A DNA stretch of 64,000 nucleotides from an uncultured Thermodesulfobacteriota bacterium (lineage in GTDB: Bacteria > Desulfobacterota > WTBG01 > CAIYCZ01 > CAIRTM01). The position numbers were made by a program, and so were the translations under genes. This document shows, in pieces, positions 60,172 to 64,000 of the stretch; position 1 is the stretch's first letter; every line of letters begins with the position of its first letter. A model generated the notes under the pieces. It was not told where the DNA came from. It worked only from the letters and a program-made list of their open reading frames with translations, and searched no databases. The DNA lies in the NCBI GenBank assembly GCA_964566035.1, contig CAZMHH010000003.1, positions 5,220 through 69,219 of the forward strand. Direction: 5' to 3'.

Positions 60172-60806
60172 CTAAGAATAAGCCACGATATGCTTCGTCT
60201 TTTCTGCTGGCAATATTAGTTACAATTTTTCTGATATGCCTGATGCCGCTGCTTCTTCAGTTGGCAAATCCGCCTCAGAAGGATGAGAACAGGGATGCCA
60301 TAGCACTGATTGGCGCTATCAAGCTGAAGGAACCGCCACCAAAAAAGAAAGTTAAAAGAAAAGAGCCAAAACCGCCACCAAAGGTCAACCCGAAGTTAAA
60401 AGAGATCATGCCCAAGTTTGACTCTGCGTCTCTTCTTGATGTCCCTTTTCAGTTTGATATGGGGCTGTCCTCTGATATAGGTGATGAAGATATGTCTCTT
60501 GGGTTTAAAATATGGAATGAGCAGGATGTGGATGTAAAGCCGGTTGCCCTTTTCAGGGCAAAACCTGTATATCCGGCACAGGCAATGGCAAAAAATATTA
60601 CAGGGAAGGTAACCTTTAAACTTCTGGTTGACAAAGATGGAACTGTGAAAGAAGTCAAAATAATTGAGGCAAATCCTCCCGGGGTCTTTGAGGAAGCAAC
60701 AGTTAAGTCTGTCCATCAATGGAGGTTTCAGCCTGCAAAAGTAAAGGGAGAACCGGTCTCGGCATGGTGTCAATCTGCAATCAGTTATGAGCTGGATTAT
60801 GAATGA
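60168..60806 (+). CDS. tonB: Energy transducer TonB
   Basis: N-terminal TM, Pro/Lys-rich linker (EPPPKKK...PKPPPK), C-domain PVYP..A....I.G.V, WRFQPA...G.PV. Confidence 0.9.
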   Translation: MTKNKPRYASSFLLAILVTIFLICLMPLLLQLANPPQKDENRDAIALIGAIKLKEPPPKKKVKRKEPKPPPKVNPKLKEIMPKFDSASLLDVPFQFDMGLSSDIGDEDMSLGFKIWNEQDVDVKPVALFRAKPVYPAQAMAKNITGKVTFKLLVDKDGTVKEVKIIEANPPGVFEEATVKSVHQWRFQPAKVKGEPVSAWCQSAISYELDYE

Positions 60807-60947
60807 ATATAACGGTAGGCAGAAGGGGGAAGGATGAAAAGAGTCACAAGTATCAAACTGAAAGATGCAAGAAGCGGTAGGGGGCAAGTGGTATCACCAG
60901 AACAGCGAAAGAAAAGAAACCCATTCATCAAACAAAGGAGAGTGCTT

Positions 60948-62195
60948 ATGAAACTATATATTTTATTGCTTTTAATTCTTGTTCTTCCCCCCGGTGTACA
61001 CTCAGCAGAGGAGATTGACTGGACAAACATACACGATCATACAAAAAAAACACTGTTTTCAGCCCAGCAGGCAATGAATGAAAACAGGTTTCAGGACGTC
61101 ATTGAAGACTTATTGGCATTTCAAAGCAAAAAACCAAAATTTAATCATTTTCTGATTGAATTTAATATCGGAACAGCTTATGGTTTGTCCGGCAATACGA
61201 ATAAGGCTATAGAGCATCTGGAAAATGCTGTTGTTCTGGAAGATGTTTATCCGCCCCTTTGGCTAAATCTCGGTAAACTCTATTACCAGAACAAAGATTT
61301 TGATAAAGCCGGTCAGGCTCTGGAAAAAGGATTTACAATAAGCAGTGCCAAAAGTCCTGATATTCTCTTCATGGCAATGGCGGCATACTATCAGGCGGAA
61401 AATTTTAAAAAGTCAATTGAACTAGGAAATTCTCTTGTATTTACATTCGGTAAAGAATCTTTTGAGATAGTCAGTCTGCTTGCAAATTCCTACATTGTTT
61501 CGGAAAGTTATGAGGATGCGGTTGATACTCTCAACAGACTCCTTATAAAAAATCCGTCGGATCCTCAGGTCTGGAAACTTCTTACCCAGTCATATTTTAA
61601 AAATCAGCAGTTAAAGGAAGCAGCAATTGCCTATGAAATATACGGGTATATGGACAGTCTTGACAGAGAAGAGCTTATTATAATGGGAGACCTGTTCACA
61701 ATGATTGGTGTTCCGGCAAGAGCTGCTCAATACTATGAAGAAGCTATGAAGGACGAAGCTGCAGCAGATGAGCTTGATAAGTTGTCTGTTGCCTATTATT
61801 CTGCCTACCGGTTTGATGATGCGATTGTAGCCGTTAACAAAGCTCTTAATAAGGGAACAACATCCGATAGACTGCTGCTTAAGGCTCAGCTCTATTATCT
61901 TCAGGACAGATTTAAAGAAGCGGAAGAAACCTACATTGCCGCTGCAGAACATTCCACAAAGGATGGGCATGAATGGCTGATGGCTGGGTATTGTGCAATG
62001 AGAAACGGCGAAATAAAAAAAGCAAGGGAACTTCTGACAAAAGCGTCGCAGCACCCGGAACAACGCAACGATGCGATTGCAATGATTAAGATGCTTGCCC
62101 CTGTAGAAGAACTCAGAGAACTGATGGCTTCAATGAAGGAAGTGGAAAGCTACCTGAACGATGAAAAACAGTATTCATGGGAACAGGTTTTATAA
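60948..62195 (+). CDS. Secreted TPR protein (TtpD-like)
   Basis: Start re-assigned to MKLYILLL at 60948 (AAGGAG RBS, signal peptide); multiple TPR helices. Confidence 0.8.
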   Translation: MKLYILLLLILVLPPGVHSAEEIDWTNIHDHTKKTLFSAQQAMNENRFQDVIEDLLAFQSKKPKFNHFLIEFNIGTAYGLSGNTNKAIEHLENAVVLEDVYPPLWLNLGKLYYQNKDFDKAGQALEKGFTISSAKSPDILFMAMAAYYQAENFKKSIELGNSLVFTFGKESFEIVSLLANSYIVSESYEDAVDTLNRLLIKNPSDPQVWKLLTQSYFKNQQLKEAAIAYEIYGYMDSLDREELIIMGDLFTMIGVPARAAQYYEEAMKDEAAADELDKLSVAYYSAYRFDDAIVAVNKALNKGTTSDRLLLKAQLYYLQDRFKEAEETYIAAAEHSTKDGHEWLMAGYCAMRNGEIKKARELLTKASQHPEQRNDAIAMIKMLAPVEELRELMASMKEVESYLNDEKQYSWEQVL

Positions 62196-62383
62196 AGAGC
62201 TGTTAATCTGATAGCTTATAAGCAAAAAAACAGGTGTTGGCTGTTAGGCATCAACTGCTTATCCTGTTTAATGCGAAACAACCGGAGGTTATTTAAAAAC
62301 TTTCATTATAGTAGTCATTACAGTATTTATATTCTTGAATAGAGTTGGAAAAGAACGTAATTGTGAATTTTAAATTGTTAGCC

Positions 62384-64000
62384 ATGAATGTTATTCGGGT
62401 CAAACTGACCTGCTTATTGATACTTATTTCAGTGGGCATATCACCCAGCCTGGCGCAATCAGAAGAGGAAAAAGCGACCATAACCGGCTGGGTTCTGGAT
62501 AAGGAAACCGGAAAACCCCTGTCAGAGGCAGGTGTGGAGGCATTAAGTAATGTCGGTGATGGCAGCAGTCATTTTGCTCTGACCAATAAGGAGGGATTTT
62601 TTATCCTGGAGATTGTACCGGGGTCGTGGCTGCTCAAGATCACCTATCCCAATTATGAAACAGCCGTGGTTAAAGATATCAAAACAGCAGGTGGTGAAAA
62701 GACAGAGCATAAAATATACCTCACGGCAGGTATGGTTCAGATTGATGAACTGAAGGTTGTTGGAAAACCCAAAGGAGATGTTGAGTTTGTTCAGATTATG
62801 AAACGAAAAATTGCTTCAAACATTGTGGACAACATTTCTGCTCAGGCAATGTCAAGGATTCCGGAGTCTGATGTAGCAGGGATTCTCACACGTATGCCGG
62901 GGGTGGTGATGGATGAGGGTAAATACATGCAGGCTCGCGGGATGCCCAAACGTTATAACAGAAGCACCCTTAACGGCACTAATACACCTACGACAAGACC
63001 AAATGAGAAGGTAACCCCGCTTGACCTTTTTCCTGCAGGCGTTGTTGAGTCTATAAGTGTTGTAAAGACTTTTACGCCAGACCTGCCAGGAAACTTCTCA
63101 GGTGGGCTCTGTCAGATCACTACAAAATCCATACCTGATAAGTTAATGCTGAGCTTCTCAACAAGCACAAAATTCAATGATGCGACCACAAACCAGAAAT
63201 ACCTGACCTACAGAGGCGGGGCACGGGACTGGCTGGGCTATGATGACGGCACAAGGGGGCTACCGGGGATAATACCGGATGAGAAGCTCGTACGGTGGAG
63301 TAAACTCTCAAAGACAGGCTTTGACCCTTATGATATGGAACGGTTTGGGGAGTCATTTAATAATATCTGGAATATAAAAAGGAAAAAAGCCGCTCCTCAG
63401 AACGATTTCAGCTTCTATATCGGTGAGCGGTTCAATAAATTAGGTGCTGTTCTAAGTCTATATCACAAGAGCAATATCCAGAACAAAAAGGATGAAAAGC
63501 AGATAGCCTATACCATGTCAACTGGCAGTGAAAAGGAGCTGATCCCGCTCAACAGTTACCATTTCACCAGCTCAAAACAGAGCCGAGATCTCGGCGGGCT
63601 TTTGAGTTTCGGGCTTGAACTTGATACTGACCATAAGATAGGTATCAGTAATTTTTATAACAGAACCGCCAATGACGAAGCAAGAATCTATCAGGGATAC
63701 AACGATGATCAAAGCACGAACATCAGGGTTACAAGATTGAGATATCAGACCGAGGAACTGCTGTCAAGCACGTTGAGCGGTGATCATAAAATAGAAAGTC
63801 TGCTGGACAGCAGTATTAAATGGCGGTTTAATTATTCCTTTGCAAACCTGGATGATCCGGATATGCGCCAGAGCATTTACATCCAGAATCCCATTACAAG
63901 GCAGTTTACCCTTTCAGATGACACGGAAGCATTGCTGAGAATGTTTACAAAACAGGAGGAAGACAGCAAAGATATGGCATTAGACTGGGGATTGACCCTT
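62384..64000 (+). CDS. TonB-dependent receptor with N-terminal carboxypeptidase-regulatory-like (Ig) domain; 3' end outside the window, absent from the ORF track
   Basis: Translated by hand over roughly the first 250 codons: signal peptide, ITGWVLDKETGKPL, plug SAQAMSRIPESDVAGILTRMPGV...RG...RYN...VTPLDLFP...VVKTFTPDLPGNFSGG. Confidence 0.88.
   Translation, partial: MNVIRVKLTCLLILISVGISPSLAQSEEEKATITGWVLDKETGKPLSEAGVEALSNVGDGSSHFALTNKEGFFILEIVPGSWLLKITYPNYETAVVKDIKTAGGEKTEHKIYLTAGMVQIDELKVVGKPKGDVEFVQIMKRKIASNIVDNISAQAMSRIPESDVAGILTRMPGVVMDEGKYMQARGMPKRYNRSTLNGTNTPTTRPNEKVTPLDLFPAGVVESISVVKTFTPDLPGNFSGGLCQITTKSIPDKLMLSFSTSTKFNDATTNQKYLTYRGGARDWLGYDDGTRGLPGIIPDEKLVRWSKLSKTGFDPYDMERFGESFNNIWNIKRKKAAPQNDFSFYIGERFNKLGAVLSLYHKSNIQNKKDEKQIAYTMSTGSEKELIPLNSYHFTSSKQSRDLGGLLSFGLELDTDHKIGISNFYNRTANDEARIYQGYNDDQSTNIRVTRLRYQTEELLSSTLSGDHKIESLLDSSIKWRFNYSFANLDDPDMRQSIYIQNPITRQFTLSDDTEALLRMFTKQEEDSKDMALDWGLTL

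Larger units (their letters stand above)
9097..62249. repeat. Dispersed degenerate intergenic repeat, unit about GCTG(T/A)T(A/G)(A/G); 8 short copies, not one continuous feature
   Basis: Copies at 9097-9123(-), 10601-10630(-), 12778-12824(+), 17150-17159(-), 39686-39712(-), 44680-44715(+), 48894-48912(+), 62196-62249(+). Confidence 0.6.

Noticed and set aside
62295-62335. Possible Pho box upstream of the terminal TonB receptor (TCATTA repeats)
   Set aside because: Repeat spacing is 12 nt rather than 11 and the match is weak.
1-64000. Dozens of short ORFs (60-240 aa) in the supplied track that overlap larger genes on the opposite strand or in another frame
   Set aside because: They are shadows of well-supported genes, including the Pro/Thr-rich antisense ORFs of the GLUG repeats, and carry no independent motifs.

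Overview
AT-rich bacterial chromosomal segment. Gene content and synteny (mgtE-recO-glyQ-glyS-ppdK, moaC-dksA, many PAS hybrid kinases, GH57/galT cluster) suggest a deltaproteobacterial/Desulfobacterota-type anaerobe; this is an inference, not a database result. It holds about 46 CDSs. Most are housekeeping: priA, aroF, bioA, serC, ppdK, glyQS, recO, mgtE, ahcY, plsY, ubiE/menG, phoU, moaC, dksA. The window opens in the 3' end of a type III R-M Res gene and ends inside a TonB-dependent receptor that the ORF track omits. I saw no rRNA, tRNA, CRISPR array, IS or phage genes. Best leads: (1) a Vibrio TtpB-TtpC-ExbB-ExbD-TonB-TtpD-like energiser operon plus receptor, divergent from phoU and preceded by 11-bp-periodic TTAAC(A) Pho-box-like arrays; (2) a TonB receptor-YfiR-like-HAMP/PAS hybrid kinase trans-envelope signalling operon; (3) an orphan lipoprotein with an apparent caspase/gingipain-fold His-Gly/Cys dyad; (4) a dispersed degenerate GCTG(T/A)T(A/G)(A/G) intergenic repeat found mostly just behind stop codons; (5) a shared unusual insertion in PAS domains of two unlinked kinases. 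All calls come from reading motifs by eye; no searches were run.
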